This document shows positions 15,374 through 23,612 of a stretch of DNA of 23,612 nucleotides, one piece after another. The stretch comes from Breznakia sp. PF5-3. GTDB taxonomy: Bacteria; Bacillota_I; Bacilli_A; Erysipelotrichales; Erysipelotrichaceae. The stretch is taken from the NCBI RefSeq assembly GCF_029504745.1, contig NZ_JAQFIQ010000035.1, positions 1-23,612 on the forward strand, given 5' to 3'. Position 1 is the stretch's first letter. Every line of letters begins with the position of its first letter. The translations under genes and the position numbers were made by a program. The notes under the pieces are model-generated. The model was given only the letters and a program-made list of their open reading frames with translations. It searched no databases and was not told the DNA's origin.

Positions 15374-15409
15374 TTTTTATTTAGTGTTTACTTGACAGGT
15401 AGTAGTATC
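15374..15409 (-). repeat. IS right inverted repeat (IRR)
   Basis: See IRL. It is followed immediately by TAT (15410-15412), which matches TAT at 14171-14173. Confidence 0.8.
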
Positions 15410-15411
15410 TA

Positions 15412-15789
15412 TTAACGGCTTCTTTTCTCTTGTAGATAGGTTGTAACATCTTTGTTTGCCAACATGTAGAATACAAGTCCAGATAATAAAATAACAATGA
15501 CAGAATCAAAGATGACAACAAAATTTGCTACGATATCTTTTCCAAAGTATGTAAACATTGCAAACATTGATATAAGCGAAAGCACACATCCTAATGCCCA
15601 TAAGAATAGTGGCCATCGATATCCTTTGATTAAGAAATATGCACAAACACAAAAGAAAAGTGTACTTGTGAATAGGGAAACATAGTTTACTTCGAGATCT
15701 GCTACATAAGAAAGCAATAGAATGACAAATAAATCAATAAAACGCAATCCAATAATCCCATATATTAAATTATTTACTTTTTTTTCCAT
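15412..15789 (-). CDS. Small hypothetical membrane protein (about 4 TM helices)
   Basis: I chose the start MEKKVNNLIYGIIGLRF at 15789, with AGGAG 7 nt upstream. The longer ORF to 15930 would overlap the pheA start and lacks an RBS. The protein is hydrophobic throughout, and I recognise no family. Confidence 0.6.
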   Translation of the reverse strand: MEKKVNNLIYGIIGLRFIDLFVILLLSYVADLEVNYVSLFTSTLFFCVCAYFLIKGYRWPLFLWALGCVLSLISMFAMFTYFGKDIVANFVVIFDSVIVILLSGLVFYMLANKDVTTYLQEKRSR

Positions 15790-15857
15790 AATAATTCTCC
15801 TGTATTTATAAATATACCATAATATAGGAAGAAAATAAAAAAGTGTTGTAGAATTCA

Positions 15858-15886
15858 TGAACATAAGGAATAAAATGATGTATAAT
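15858..15886 (+). promoter_or_regulatory. Candidate promoter of the pheA operon
   Basis: TATAAT (15881-15886) is preceded by TG. A weak -35 TGAACA lies 17 bp upstream. The short predicted 5' UTR contains an AAGAGG RBS, leaving no room for a leader or riboswitch. Confidence 0.35.
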
Positions 15887-15908
15887 AAAGTGCATAAGAG
15901 GTAAAGTA

Positions 15909-16976
15909 ATGAGTAAATTAGAAAATGCACGAAAAATCATTAACCAGGTTGATAAAGATATGGCTTCATTGTTTGAAAAACGGATGGAGGCAGTAGAAGC
16001 GGTGGTTGAGTATAAGTTAGAACATGATATGGAAGTTTTAGATAGTCGAAGAGAACAGGAATTGATTGAGAAGAATTTGCAATATATTCAGGCTGATCAA
16101 TATCGCAGTTCTTATTTAGATTTTTTTCAAGAAATGTTACGAATATCAAAAGATTATCAAAAAAGTATCATCAATCATGATTTGATTGCTTATCAAGGAA
16201 CTTACGGTGCGTTTTCATACATAGCAACAACACGGATTTTTGAAAATCATAAATATCGTTCTTACCCAACATTTGAAGATGTATTTAAAGCTGTTGATGC
16301 TCAAGAAGTAGCATATGGGGTAATTCCCTTTGAAAATTCATTTACTGGAGAAGTAGGAGAAGTAAGTGATTTATTACGAGAATATGATGTATACATTACT
16401 AAAATATATGATCTTAAAGTAGATCAAAATCTATTAGGTATAAAAGGATCGGATCCTTCAAAGATAAAAAAAGTATATTCGCATCCTCAAGCGATATCAC
16501 AAAGTTCCTTGTTTCTAAAAGGTCGAGGATATGAAATGATTCCTTATCCCAATACAGCCCTTGCTGCACAGTTTGTAAGTGAGCAACAGGATGTGACATT
16601 AGGAGCTATTGCTTCTAAGGAAACAGCTACGTTGTTTGGGTTGGAAATACTTGAATCTAATATTCATACAACGATGGATAATACAACGAGGTTTGTTGTA
16701 ATTAGCAAAATACCTTCGAATCAAGGAAATTATTTTCAGATGATGTTTACAACCAAAAATGAAACAGGTGCTTTAGCGAAAGCTATGAATTTGATAGCTT
16801 CTTATGGATTTAATATGGAGAGTATCAAATCCCGTGCAATTCCTAATGAACCATGGTCTTATTACTTTCATGTGGAAATTGAAGGGATATTGAAAGATGA
16901 AAAAACCCAAGAGATGATTAAAAAGCTGGAAGCGACATGTATGGATATTAGGATTTTAGGATCCTATAATAAATAG
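15909..16976 (+). CDS. pheA: Bifunctional chorismate mutase / prephenate dehydratase (P-protein)
   Basis: The N-terminal ~90 aa is an AroQ-type chorismate mutase (RKIINQVDKDMASLFEKRMEAV...R). A PDT domain follows (AYQGTYGAFSY, PFENSFTGEV, TRF), then a C-terminal ACT domain (GALAKAMN, ESIKSRAIP). Confidence 0.9.
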   Translation: MSKLENARKIINQVDKDMASLFEKRMEAVEAVVEYKLEHDMEVLDSRREQELIEKNLQYIQADQYRSSYLDFFQEMLRISKDYQKSIINHDLIAYQGTYGAFSYIATTRIFENHKYRSYPTFEDVFKAVDAQEVAYGVIPFENSFTGEVGEVSDLLREYDVYITKIYDLKVDQNLLGIKGSDPSKIKKVYSHPQAISQSSLFLKGRGYEMIPYPNTALAAQFVSEQQDVTLGAIASKETATLFGLEILESNIHTTMDNTTRFVVISKIPSNQGNYFQMMFTTKNETGALAKAMNLIASYGFNMESIKSRAIPNEPWSYYFHVEIEGILKDEKTQEMIKKLEATCMDIRILGSYNK

Positions 16977-16987
16977 GGAGAAATATT

Positions 16988-18226
16988 ATGACAAGATTTA
17001 TAAAACAGAAAATTGATGATACACCCATAGCAGATAATGTATTTGCTGTTGTAAGTTTAGCAAAGAAAGCAAAAGCTGAATTGGGAAATGATAAAGTTAT
17101 TGATGCAACAATTGGTGCACTTTATGATGAAGAAGGAGAGTTGGTTGCTTTTCAATCAGTTTATCAACCATATAACCGGATTAAGAATAACGAGAAAGCA
17201 ACGTATGCTCAAAGTTTTAGTGGGAATGCAGATTATCGAAAACAAGTATATAATTGGATAAAACAAGATATTAATTTAGATTTATGTCATAGTGTAATTG
17301 CAACACCAGGGGGAAGTGGGGCAGTAAGTACGACGATGAGTGATATTTTGGATGAAGGACAGAGTGTTGTTTTACCAGAAATTGCATGGGGATCATATAA
17401 GTTAATGGCAACGATGAATAATTTAAAGGCGAAAACATATTCGTTGTTTAAAGATGGTAGATTTCATATCGAATCTTTTCGCGAAGTTTGTTTGTCTGTA
17501 ATGGAAGAACAAGGGAAACTATTGGTTGTTGTAAATGATCCTTGTCATAACCCTACAGGATATTCACTTAGTAAGAGCGAATGGGAAGCTGTAATTGAAA
17601 TATTAAATACGTGTGGAGAACAAGGACCTGTAATTTTGTTGAATGATATAGCGTATATAGATTTTTCGTATGATTTTAAACAAAGTCGTGCCTATTTAGA
17701 AACGTTTAATCAAATAAGTGATAACGTAATGATTGTAGTTGCCTTTTCTTCAAGTAAGACATTAACAGCATATGGATTGCGTTGTGGGGCAGCTGTAATA
17801 TTGGCAAAGTCAGCAGCTAATGTGCGTCAAGTAGAGATTGTGATGGAGAAGAGTGCGCGAGCAATATGGAGTAATATACCAAATGCAGCAATGGAAAACT
17901 TTGTATATGTAACCAGTGAAGGCTTAGAACCTTATATGGGAGAAAAAGATTACTTTGTTTCGCTTCTTGAACAACGTAGTAAAATCTTTACCGAAGAAGC
18001 AGCAATAGTTGGATTGAAACATTATCCATATAAAGAAGGTTTCTTTGTCACTTTGGAAGTTTGTGATGCAAACTTTAAGGATAAGTTTCATAAAGCGTGT
18101 ATGGAAGAACAGATTTATACAGTACAAGTAAACAAAGGAATCCGTGTTGCCCTTTGTTCGTTAAATATTGAAAAAACACGAGGGTTAGCAAAAAAGATGA
18201 AAATCATTATGGATCGAATTTCTTAA
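16988..18226 (+). CDS. PLP-dependent aminotransferase, class I (aspartate/aromatic type)
   Basis: 412 aa with the motifs NPCHNPTG and SSSKTLTAYGLRCG (PLP-lysine region, cf. SFSKNFGLYxxRVG of AspC/TyrB). Its position directly after pheA suggests the Phe/Tyr-forming transaminase. Confidence 0.82.
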   Translation: MTRFIKQKIDDTPIADNVFAVVSLAKKAKAELGNDKVIDATIGALYDEEGELVAFQSVYQPYNRIKNNEKATYAQSFSGNADYRKQVYNWIKQDINLDLCHSVIATPGGSGAVSTTMSDILDEGQSVVLPEIAWGSYKLMATMNNLKAKTYSLFKDGRFHIESFREVCLSVMEEQGKLLVVVNDPCHNPTGYSLSKSEWEAVIEILNTCGEQGPVILLNDIAYIDFSYDFKQSRAYLETFNQISDNVMIVVAFSSSKTLTAYGLRCGAAVILAKSAANVRQVEIVMEKSARAIWSNIPNAAMENFVYVTSEGLEPYMGEKDYFVSLLEQRSKIFTEEAAIVGLKHYPYKEGFFVTLEVCDANFKDKFHKACMEEQIYTVQVNKGIRVALCSLNIEKTRGLAKKMKIIMDRIS

Positions 18227-18255
18227 ATGATGTCTTATAAAAGGAGTAGGGTAGT

Positions 18256-19179
18256 ATGAAAAACAAACGTTTAATTTTAATATCGATTGCCTCTGGCGTA
18301 GTAGCGTTTTGTTTTTTCTTGTTTATTAGAATTGGAACATCACAAAATGTTTTGTTTGATAGTCTTATTTGGAATTCAGATTTTCTTATTTTAGGGAGTA
18401 TGTCAGCAATTGTTTCTATTTGTGTGTATATTTTAGGTTATCGGGCACCTAAACCAGATATAGATGAAGCAGGGAATCTCTTTGAAGTAAAAAAAGAAAG
18501 ACAATTGAATTTTCAGATATTTTTGACTAAACTGATAACGATTGCAATTATTATCTCTACCTTGTTTTATGTAAGTTCACTACTCCCTTTCCAAGATAAT
18601 CGTTATGCAGGTAATGCAGTTGATATTATTGATAATGATAAAATTGCTTCTGATGATTCAATTATTTGGAAAGATGGGATTCCACCAATTAAAGTAGTGG
18701 GTGATATTGATAGTAGTGAGCAATCCTTTATTATTAAGGAATGTATTGAAAAACAACCTGCTATTTTATTAGAGCATACGGAACTTATTTATTTATGTTC
18801 ACATGAGGAATTTATAAAGTTAAGAGATAAATTTTATATTGGGGAAGCAGTAGCATTTGCTACTTCATTGAATAATTATATTTATATTGATACGAGTGTG
18901 AATGGAACATTTCGTGTTATCACGCATGAGTTAGCACATAATTATGATTTTAAAAATGGATATCTTAGTTCACAAGATGAATTTAAAGAAGCATTTGAAG
19001 AAATGAGTAAGGCGAAAGAATTTAATCATTTAGGATATATTTTAAATGTAGAATATGCGAAAACGGAACCAGCTGAATTCTTTGCGGAAGTAAGTGATGC
19101 ATATTTTAATAAAGGGGATCGATTAAAAGAGTTGTATCCTGAATTATATGCATATATAGATGGTATATATAAGGAGTAA
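18256..19179 (+). CDS. Membrane-anchored ATLF-like (anthrax lethal factor / M34-like) zinc metallopeptidase domain protein
   Basis: Three N-terminal TM helices precede an extracytoplasmic domain. That domain has HELAH (18924-18938) and, about 50 aa downstream, EFFAEV (19075-19092), the HExxH...EFFAE arrangement of ATLF domains. RBS is AAGGAG. Confidence 0.62.
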   Translation: MKNKRLILISIASGVVAFCFFLFIRIGTSQNVLFDSLIWNSDFLILGSMSAIVSICVYILGYRAPKPDIDEAGNLFEVKKERQLNFQIFLTKLITIAIIISTLFYVSSLLPFQDNRYAGNAVDIIDNDKIASDDSIIWKDGIPPIKVVGDIDSSEQSFIIKECIEKQPAILLEHTELIYLCSHEEFIKLRDKFYIGEAVAFATSLNNYIYIDTSVNGTFRVITHELAHNYDFKNGYLSSQDEFKEAFEEMSKAKEFNHLGYILNVEYAKTEPAEFFAEVSDAYFNKGDRLKELYPELYAYIDGIYKE

Positions 19180-19186
19180 GACAAAG

Positions 19187-19633
19187 ATGAAAGTAGTAAT
19201 TCAACGTGTATCACATGCGCAAGTAGCAGTGGATGAAAAAGTTGTAGGAGCAATTGACGAAGGCTTTTTATTGTTGGTAGGTATCAGCAATGATGATGAG
19301 GTTGGTGTGATTGATAAGATGGTTAGAAAAATTGTAAACATGAGGATTTTTGAAGATGCAGAAGGTAAGATGAATCGCAGTATTATAGATATAGATGGAG
19401 AAATTTTAAGTATTTCACAGTTTACCTTGTATGCAGATTGTAAGAAGGGGAATCGTCCTGGTTTCACGCAAGCAGCAAGACCAGAGCAAGCCATTGCTTT
19501 ATATGAAGCGTTTAATGAACAATTAAAAGCTTCGCTAAAGAAGGTTGAAAGTGGTGTGTTTGGAGCAGATATGAAGGTTTCATTATTGAATGATGGACCA
19601 GTTACAATTGTTTTAGATAGTGAGGAATTATAA
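19187..19633 (+). CDS. dtd: D-aminoacyl-tRNA (D-tyrosyl-tRNA) deacylase
   Basis: The start MKVVIQRV at 19187 has AAGGAG upstream. The SQFTLYAD and NDGPVT motifs are present. Confidence 0.9.
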   Translation: MKVVIQRVSHAQVAVDEKVVGAIDEGFLLLVGISNDDEVGVIDKMVRKIVNMRIFEDAEGKMNRSIIDIDGEILSISQFTLYADCKKGNRPGFTQAARPEQAIALYEAFNEQLKASLKKVESGVFGADMKVSLLNDGPVTIVLDSEEL

Positions 19634-20502
19634 TGGATAAAATAGTATATGGTAATATAATTGCCCAAAAGGTGAAAGATCAAATAAAAGAAGAAATTGA
19701 TAAAATTACAGAAACAGGAAAGCGATTACCACATTTGGTTGTTATTCTTGTAGGTGATGATGTTGGTAGTAAATCGTATGTGGCTGGAAAAGAAAAAGCA
19801 AGTATTGCGGTTGGTATGCAAAATAGTACACTTCGCTATGATGCATCAATTAGTGAAACAGAGCTTATTCAAGTTGTTCAAGAATTGAATTATGATTCAA
19901 ATGTTGATGGTATTCTTGTACAGTTACCGCTCCCTTCACATATTAATACAAACCGTGTTTTATTTAGTATAAATCCAGATAAGGATGTAGATGGTTTTCA
20001 TCCTTATAATATTGGAAAGATGGTAATAGGAGAAGAAACGTTTCTACCTTGTACACCAAAAGGAATCATTAAAATTTTGGAAGAGATTGGATATCATGAT
20101 TTAAGTGGTAAAAAAGCAATGGTGATTGGTAGAAGTAATATTGTTGGTAAACCAATTGCACAATTATTGTTGAATAAGAATGCAACGGTTACCATAGCGC
20201 ATTCAAGAACAAAAGATATTGAGAAGGCAACTCGTGAAATGGACATTATAATTGCAGCAGTTGGAGTTCCTAAAATGGTGAAGGGAAATTGGATTAAAGA
20301 AGGTGCAGTTGTAATTGATGTTGGTGTAAATCGTGATGAAAATGGAAAACTTTGTGGTGATGTTGATTTTGATGATTGCATTGATAAAGTAAAATATATT
20401 ACTCCAGTACCAAAAGGTGTTGGGCCAATGACAATTGCTATGTTATTGGAGAATACGTTGGAATCTTATAGGAAAAGGGAAGGTGAAAGTAATGGAGTAT
20501 GA
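19633..20502 (+). CDS. folD: Bifunctional methylenetetrahydrofolate dehydrogenase / methenyl-THF cyclohydrolase
   Basis: 289 aa with the motifs SxxYVxxKxKA, VQLPLP, DVDGFHP, GRSNIVGKP and GGVGPMT-like (KGVGPMTIAML). Its start overlaps the dtd stop (TAATG). Confidence 0.95.
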   Translation: MDKIVYGNIIAQKVKDQIKEEIDKITETGKRLPHLVVILVGDDVGSKSYVAGKEKASIAVGMQNSTLRYDASISETELIQVVQELNYDSNVDGILVQLPLPSHINTNRVLFSINPDKDVDGFHPYNIGKMVIGEETFLPCTPKGIIKILEEIGYHDLSGKKAMVIGRSNIVGKPIAQLLLNKNATVTIAHSRTKDIEKATREMDIIIAAVGVPKMVKGNWIKEGAVVIDVGVNRDENGKLCGDVDFDDCIDKVKYITPVPKGVGPMTIAMLLENTLESYRKREGESNGV

Positions 20503-20692
20503 GTTAAATGATCTTGTGGAAATGAAAAAAGCTCATCCATGCAAGAAGAGCAAATATTGGCAGATTATTCGAATGGGAGCAGATATTCGAATAAAATGTC
20601 AAGGGTGTGGTGCATCAGTATTATTTTCACGAAGAGATTTTGAGAAGCGTTTGAAAAAGGTAGTAAAACATGGAGGGGAAGAGCATGTATAA
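20492..20692 (+). CDS. DUF951-family small protein
   Basis: The start MEYELNDLVEMKKAHPC at 20492 has an RBS GAAGGTGA. The pattern HPCxxxxWxIxRxGADIRIKCxxCG is characteristic of DUF951. The gene overlaps the folD 3' end. Confidence 0.7.
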   Translation: MEYELNDLVEMKKAHPCKKSKYWQIIRMGADIRIKCQGCGASVLFSRRDFEKRLKKVVKHGGEEHV

Positions 20693-21176
20693 GCGGATAC
20701 TGTTTTTCTGTTTGCTATTATTGTGTATAGCATGTAAAGAAGAGAAAAAGGAAGCCTCTCGTGTCGTTTGTACTTATCAAGGGGATGCATTAGGTGTTGC
20801 TATTCTACAAACGATAACCTTAAATGCAATGGATGATGAATTAGTTTCAGTAAGTGAAGAAGTTGCATATACCTTTGATGATGTAAAACGCTATCAAGAA
20901 GATATTAATTTACGAAAAGCAGCATATCAAAAACAAGAAAAATGTCCAGAAGAATTGAAGAATGGAAAATGTACAAAAAATATAGATTTCACTTGGGAAT
21001 TTAAAGAAAACAAACTATCTTCAAAGACTGTTATCAATATTGAAAAAGCAATAGAAGATGAAGAGCATTTAAGCATTTTTGAAAAGTTTCCTAAAGAAGA
21101 TAATTATATATCATTGGATAAAACTAAAAAAGCATTAGAAAAACAAGCATATACTTGTAAGAAGAAAAAGAAATAA
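20685..21176 (+). CDS. Lipoprotein, YehR/DUF1307-like
   Basis: The start MYKRILFFCLLLLCIAC at 20685 has GGAGGGG upstream. It has a signal peptide with a lipobox-like CIAC. The C-terminus ISLDKTKKALEKQAYTCKK resembles the YehR-family tail. Confidence 0.68.
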   Translation: MYKRILFFCLLLLCIACKEEKKEASRVVCTYQGDALGVAILQTITLNAMDDELVSVSEEVAYTFDDVKRYQEDINLRKAAYQKQEKCPEELKNGKCTKNIDFTWEFKENKLSSKTVINIEKAIEDEEHLSIFEKFPKEDNYISLDKTKKALEKQAYTCKKKKK

Positions 21177-21182
21177 GTTAAT

Positions 21183-21203
21183 AAAAAAGGAGCATGTAGC
21201 TCC
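21183..21203 (-). terminator. Weak candidate terminator between convergent operons
   Basis: GGAGC-atgta-GCTCC is a 5-bp stem. On the minus strand it is followed by T6, downstream of the PHP gene. There is no T-run on the plus-strand side. Confidence 0.35.
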
Positions 21204-21218
21204 ATGTGATTGATTTTA

Positions 21219-21884
21219 TCAATCCATTTGCTGCAGATCCTTTTTTTTATGCGTTAGTTTTCTAAATATATTAATGAGTTCATATTGTTCTTTACGTGGC
21301 ATTTTATGTCTTCCTATGTGACAGTGTGGGAAGCTACGGAAATTGCAGAAACCACTACCACAGGTTTTGATTAATGAATGCTTATCTGCATAACGTCTAT
21401 ATTGTAGTGTTTTTACAGGTTCATAACGTCCACAGTATACTTCAATACCATCGATTCCAAGTAAACGCAATTCATCCAATAAATCCATGTCATCTTGAAT
21501 ATAAATATTTGGTTCTATTAAAATGGCAATAGCATTTTGTTCGTGAACATAAGAAATCACTTCCTTCACTGTTGGCAATTGAGAGATATCCGTTTTATTA
21601 CTATTTATTTCAGCTTCCATTAATTTTGGATGATATGGATCAATTCCATAAGCGATGATTTTTAATGGTTTCTCTTGATGACGTACGTCAAGAGAAATCG
21701 CAGGAATGATCTTCATCTTTGTGTTTGTTTTCTCTAGAACTTCAATAACTCCTCTAACGCAGTTACAATCAGCAATCGATATGTATTCTAATCCTAATTC
21801 GATTGCCATCATAAGTACTTCCTTTGGCGTATATTGTCCATTATTACTATAATGAGTATGAATATTCAAATCAATTACGCTCAT
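21219..21884 (-). CDS. PHP-domain (polymerase/histidinol-phosphatase-like) metal-dependent phosphoesterase
   Basis: The N-terminus IDLNIHTHYSNNG, followed by ISIADCN, fits the PHP motif I/II pattern. RBS is GAGAGGTG. Confidence 0.72.
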   Translation of the reverse strand: MSVIDLNIHTHYSNNGQYTPKEVLMMAIELGLEYISIADCNCVRGVIEVLEKTNTKMKIIPAISLDVRHQEKPLKIIAYGIDPYHPKLMEAEINSNKTDISQLPTVKEVISYVHEQNAIAILIEPNIYIQDDMDLLDELRLLGIDGIEVYCGRYEPVKTLQYRRYADKHSLIKTCGSGFCNFRSFPHCHIGRHKMPRKEQYELINIFRKLTHKKKDLQQMD

Positions 21885-22064
21885 AATATCACCTCTCTTA
21901 TCTTACATCTTTATTGTAATACTATATTAGGATAAGAACAACGATTATGTAATAAAAAATGTATATTTTATAACTAAATGCGAAATAATGTGGAGAATTA
22001 AGATTAACCTTGCTTAAAAGAGTAAAAAATTGTACACTATAAAAGTTGAAAGGATGATGAAATA

Positions 22065-23165
22065 ATGCCATTAACTGCAGGAATTGTAGGATTGCCAAAT
22101 GTTGGGAAATCAACATTGTTTAATGCAATAACAAAATCACAAGTAGAAGCAGCAAATTACCCATTTGCTACAATAGAACCAAATGTAGGAGTTGTAGAAG
22201 TACCAGATTATCGTGTAGATCGTTTAATAGAGATTGTAAATCCTAAGAAAACAATATATACAACGTTTGAATTTACCGACATTGCGGGTTTGGTAAAAGG
22301 AGCTAGTAAAGGAGAAGGATTGGGAAATCAATTTTTATCTAATATTCGGCTTACTGATGCAATTTGTCATGTTGTACGTTGTTTTGAAGATAGCAATGTA
22401 ACTCACGTAGAAGGAAGTGTAGATCCTATTCGTGATATTGAAATAATCAATTTGGAGTTAATCCTTGCAGATCTTCAAACCGTTGATAATCGTTTATCTA
22501 AGGTAGAACGTAAAGTAAAAGCAAAAGATGCTGAAGGGATTGCGGAAAAGAATGTATTGGATAAAGTAAAGATTGCTTTAGAAGCTGGGAAACCAGCACG
22601 TAGTGTAGAACTCAACAAAGAAGAATATGCACTTATAAAAAGCTTTTCACTGTTAACACTGAAACCGATGATTTATGTTGCTAATATAGGAGAGGATGAA
22701 ATCAATCACCCTGAGCAAAATGAGAATTATAATAAGGTGAAAGAGTTAGCACTTAGTGAACATAATGATGTAGTAGCAATCTCAGCTAAAATTGAAGAGG
22801 AATTGTCAGTTTTAGATAAAGAAGAGAAAGAACTGTTTTTAGAAGAATTAGGAATTAATGAAAGTGGTTTAGATAAGGTTATCAAAGCAAGTTATCATAT
22901 GCTTGATTTGTGTACATACTTTACAGCAGGTGAAGTAGAAGTGAGAGCATGGACATTTAAAAAGGGAATGAGTGCTCCAGAATGCGCTGGAATAATTCAT
23001 ACAGATTTTCAAAAAGGATTCATTCGTGCTGAAACAATGTCATTTGCAGATATGGATGAATATGGTAGTGAACAGGCAGTAAAGGAAGCTGGTAAACTTC
23101 GTTTAGAAGGAAAAGAGTATATTGTTCAAGATGGGGATATCATGCATTTTAGATTTAATGTCTAA
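22065..23165 (+). CDS. ychF: Ribosome-binding (redox-regulated) ATPase YchF
   Basis: 366 aa with GIVGLPNVGKSTLFNA (G1), DIAGLVKGAS (G3), the TGS-domain C-terminus and the motif HTDFQKGFIRAE. Confidence 0.95.
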   Translation: MPLTAGIVGLPNVGKSTLFNAITKSQVEAANYPFATIEPNVGVVEVPDYRVDRLIEIVNPKKTIYTTFEFTDIAGLVKGASKGEGLGNQFLSNIRLTDAICHVVRCFEDSNVTHVEGSVDPIRDIEIINLELILADLQTVDNRLSKVERKVKAKDAEGIAEKNVLDKVKIALEAGKPARSVELNKEEYALIKSFSLLTLKPMIYVANIGEDEINHPEQNENYNKVKELALSEHNDVVAISAKIEEELSVLDKEEKELFLEELGINESGLDKVIKASYHMLDLCTYFTAGEVEVRAWTFKKGMSAPECAGIIHTDFQKGFIRAETMSFADMDEYGSEQAVKEAGKLRLEGKEYIVQDGDIMHFRFNV

Positions 23166-23258
23166 AATATAATTATTCATACTATATACTTAGTACTAAG
23201 CTTGTACTTTTCCACAATCCATTTTATACTAAAAATATAGGATGAAAGGAGATTACAT

Positions 23259-23516
23259 ATGTCTTGCTATTATATAATTGGATTACGTTTAAGTTATCGT
23301 CAACACAATGCCTTACAATTACAGGAGACACTAACAAAGTACGGATGTAATATAAAAATGCGCTTAGGACTTCATGAAACAGATGAAAAATACTGTTCAA
23401 ATGATGGAGTTATCATTTTACAGGCTTGTGGAGAAAAAGAAGAAATTAATGAGATGCTGAATGCATTTAATGCCTTGGAGGGTGTTAATGCCAAAATGAT
23501 GGATTTAAATGATTAA
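23259..23516 (+). CDS. Small ACT/ferredoxin-like-fold protein, possibly a TM1266-family (iron-only hydrogenase system) regulator
   Basis: 85 aa with an RBS AAAGGAG. The pattern YIIGLxL....A..LQETL.KYG..I..RLGLH...I..L...G....I..ML..F..L.GV.AK resembles the TM1266 family as I remember it. A candidate promoter TTGTAC-17-TATACT lies at 23202-23230. Confidence 0.45.
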   Translation: MSCYYIIGLRLSYRQHNALQLQETLTKYGCNIKMRLGLHETDEKYCSNDGVIILQACGEKEEINEMLNAFNALEGVNAKMMDLND

Positions 23517-23523
23517 TAAAAGG

Positions 23524-23575
23524 GGCTGTGACAGATAGGTGATTTTTATCGCCTTGAAGGTTAACAGCCTTTTTT
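23524..23575 (+). terminator. Probable intrinsic terminator (compound hairpin plus T6)
   Basis: The outer stem is GGCTGT (23524-23529) paired with ACAGCC (23564-23569), followed by TTTTTT. The inner hairpin is AGGTGAT-tttt-ATCGCCT with one G.U pair. Confidence 0.55.
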
Positions 23576-23612
23576 CTATGCCATTTTGGAGAAATCGTGG
23601 AAAACTGCAGCC

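Larger units (their letters stand above)
14174..15409 (+). mobile_element. Complete IS3-family insertion sequence (1236 bp)
   Basis: Terminal inverted repeats match at 30/36 positions. Flanking 3-bp direct repeats TAT lie at 14171-14173 and 15410-15412. orfA and orfB are in the 0/-1 frame arrangement with an A_AAA_AAG slippery site, and the DDE residues are present. Confidence 0.85.

Noticed and set aside
14217-15397. My first guess at the IS boundaries, based on TG…CA ends (TGTTATAG… / …CTTGACA)
   Set aside because: Those ends align poorly (11/25) and have no flanking direct repeat. The 14174/15409 ends give 30/36 IR identity and a TAT duplication.
15790-15930. A longer form of the minus-strand membrane ORF (start at 15930) that overlaps the pheA start
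   Set aside because: It has no RBS. The extension would run through the pheA promoter and start region, and it is simply hydrophobic translation of AT-rich spacer. The ATG at 15789 has AGGAG at the correct spacing.
19201-19683. Long antisense or shadow ORFs, for example 19201..19683(-), 10584..10838(-), 6605..6841(+), 213..461(+), 734..1027(+), 20094..20381(-) and 9493..9793(-)
   Set aside because: Each lies entirely within, and opposite to or out of frame with, a well-supported conserved gene. They have low-complexity or hydrophobic translations typical of shadow frames in AT-rich DNA and lack RBSs.
23189-23200. A perfect 12-bp palindrome, CTTAGTACTAAG, downstream of ychF
   Set aside because: It has no loop and no adjacent U-tract, so it is not a terminator. 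It is single-copy with no partner site, and it may simply be a chance palindrome.
1-23612. tRNA, rRNA, CRISPR arrays, integrases or recognisable defence or toxin-antitoxin genes
   Set aside because: No intergenic region is long or structured enough for a tRNA or rRNA. There are no spaced direct-repeat arrays. No ORF has recombinase, nuclease or toxin motifs that I can recognise. The only mobile elements are the two IS3-family elements.

Overview
AT-rich (about one-third GC by eye) Bacillota/Firmicutes-type chromosomal window; the organism cannot be identified from sequence alone. The backbone is aromatic amino-acid biosynthesis in two units. The first is a tightly coupled minus-strand operon, aroB-aroC-aroE::aroK(fusion)-DAHP synthase-aroA-tyrA (8540 down to 2021). 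The second is a plus-strand operon, pheA-aminotransferase-ATLF-like metallopeptidase-dtd-folD-DUF951-lipoprotein (15909-21176). These are followed by a PHP-domain gene (-), ychF and a small ACT-like gene. aroD is absent. About 7 kb of accessory genes lies between the two aro units: (i) a MerR/GyrI-like regulator, a stand-alone GyrI-like protein and a BtrH_N/DUF4872-like protein, behind a classic 19-bp-spacer MerR promoter with a 9+9 palindrome; (ii) a BlaI-type repressor and an M56 BlaR1-like protease with no PBP sensor domain; (iii) a Cys-rich protein, a GNAT and a small membrane protein; (iv) an apparently intact 1236-bp IS3-family element (36-bp IRs, TAT target duplication, A_AAA_AAG frameshift site) inserted exactly where two convergent genes met. 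The window begins inside the 3' end of a different IS3-family element. The most interesting signals come first. One is a tiny ORF, MIINTFYFYFK (five consecutive Phe/Tyr codons), followed by a hairpin and an intrinsic terminator in the aro operon leader. This looks like a leader-peptide attenuator, unusual for Bacillota, and is possibly translated from a leaderless transcript. The other is an ACTA/TAGT dyad motif that recurs at the blaI-like promoter and at the promoter of the neighbouring Cys-rich gene, suggesting a small local regulon. I saw no tRNA, rRNA or CRISPR. All family assignments are from motif recognition by eye, not database searches.
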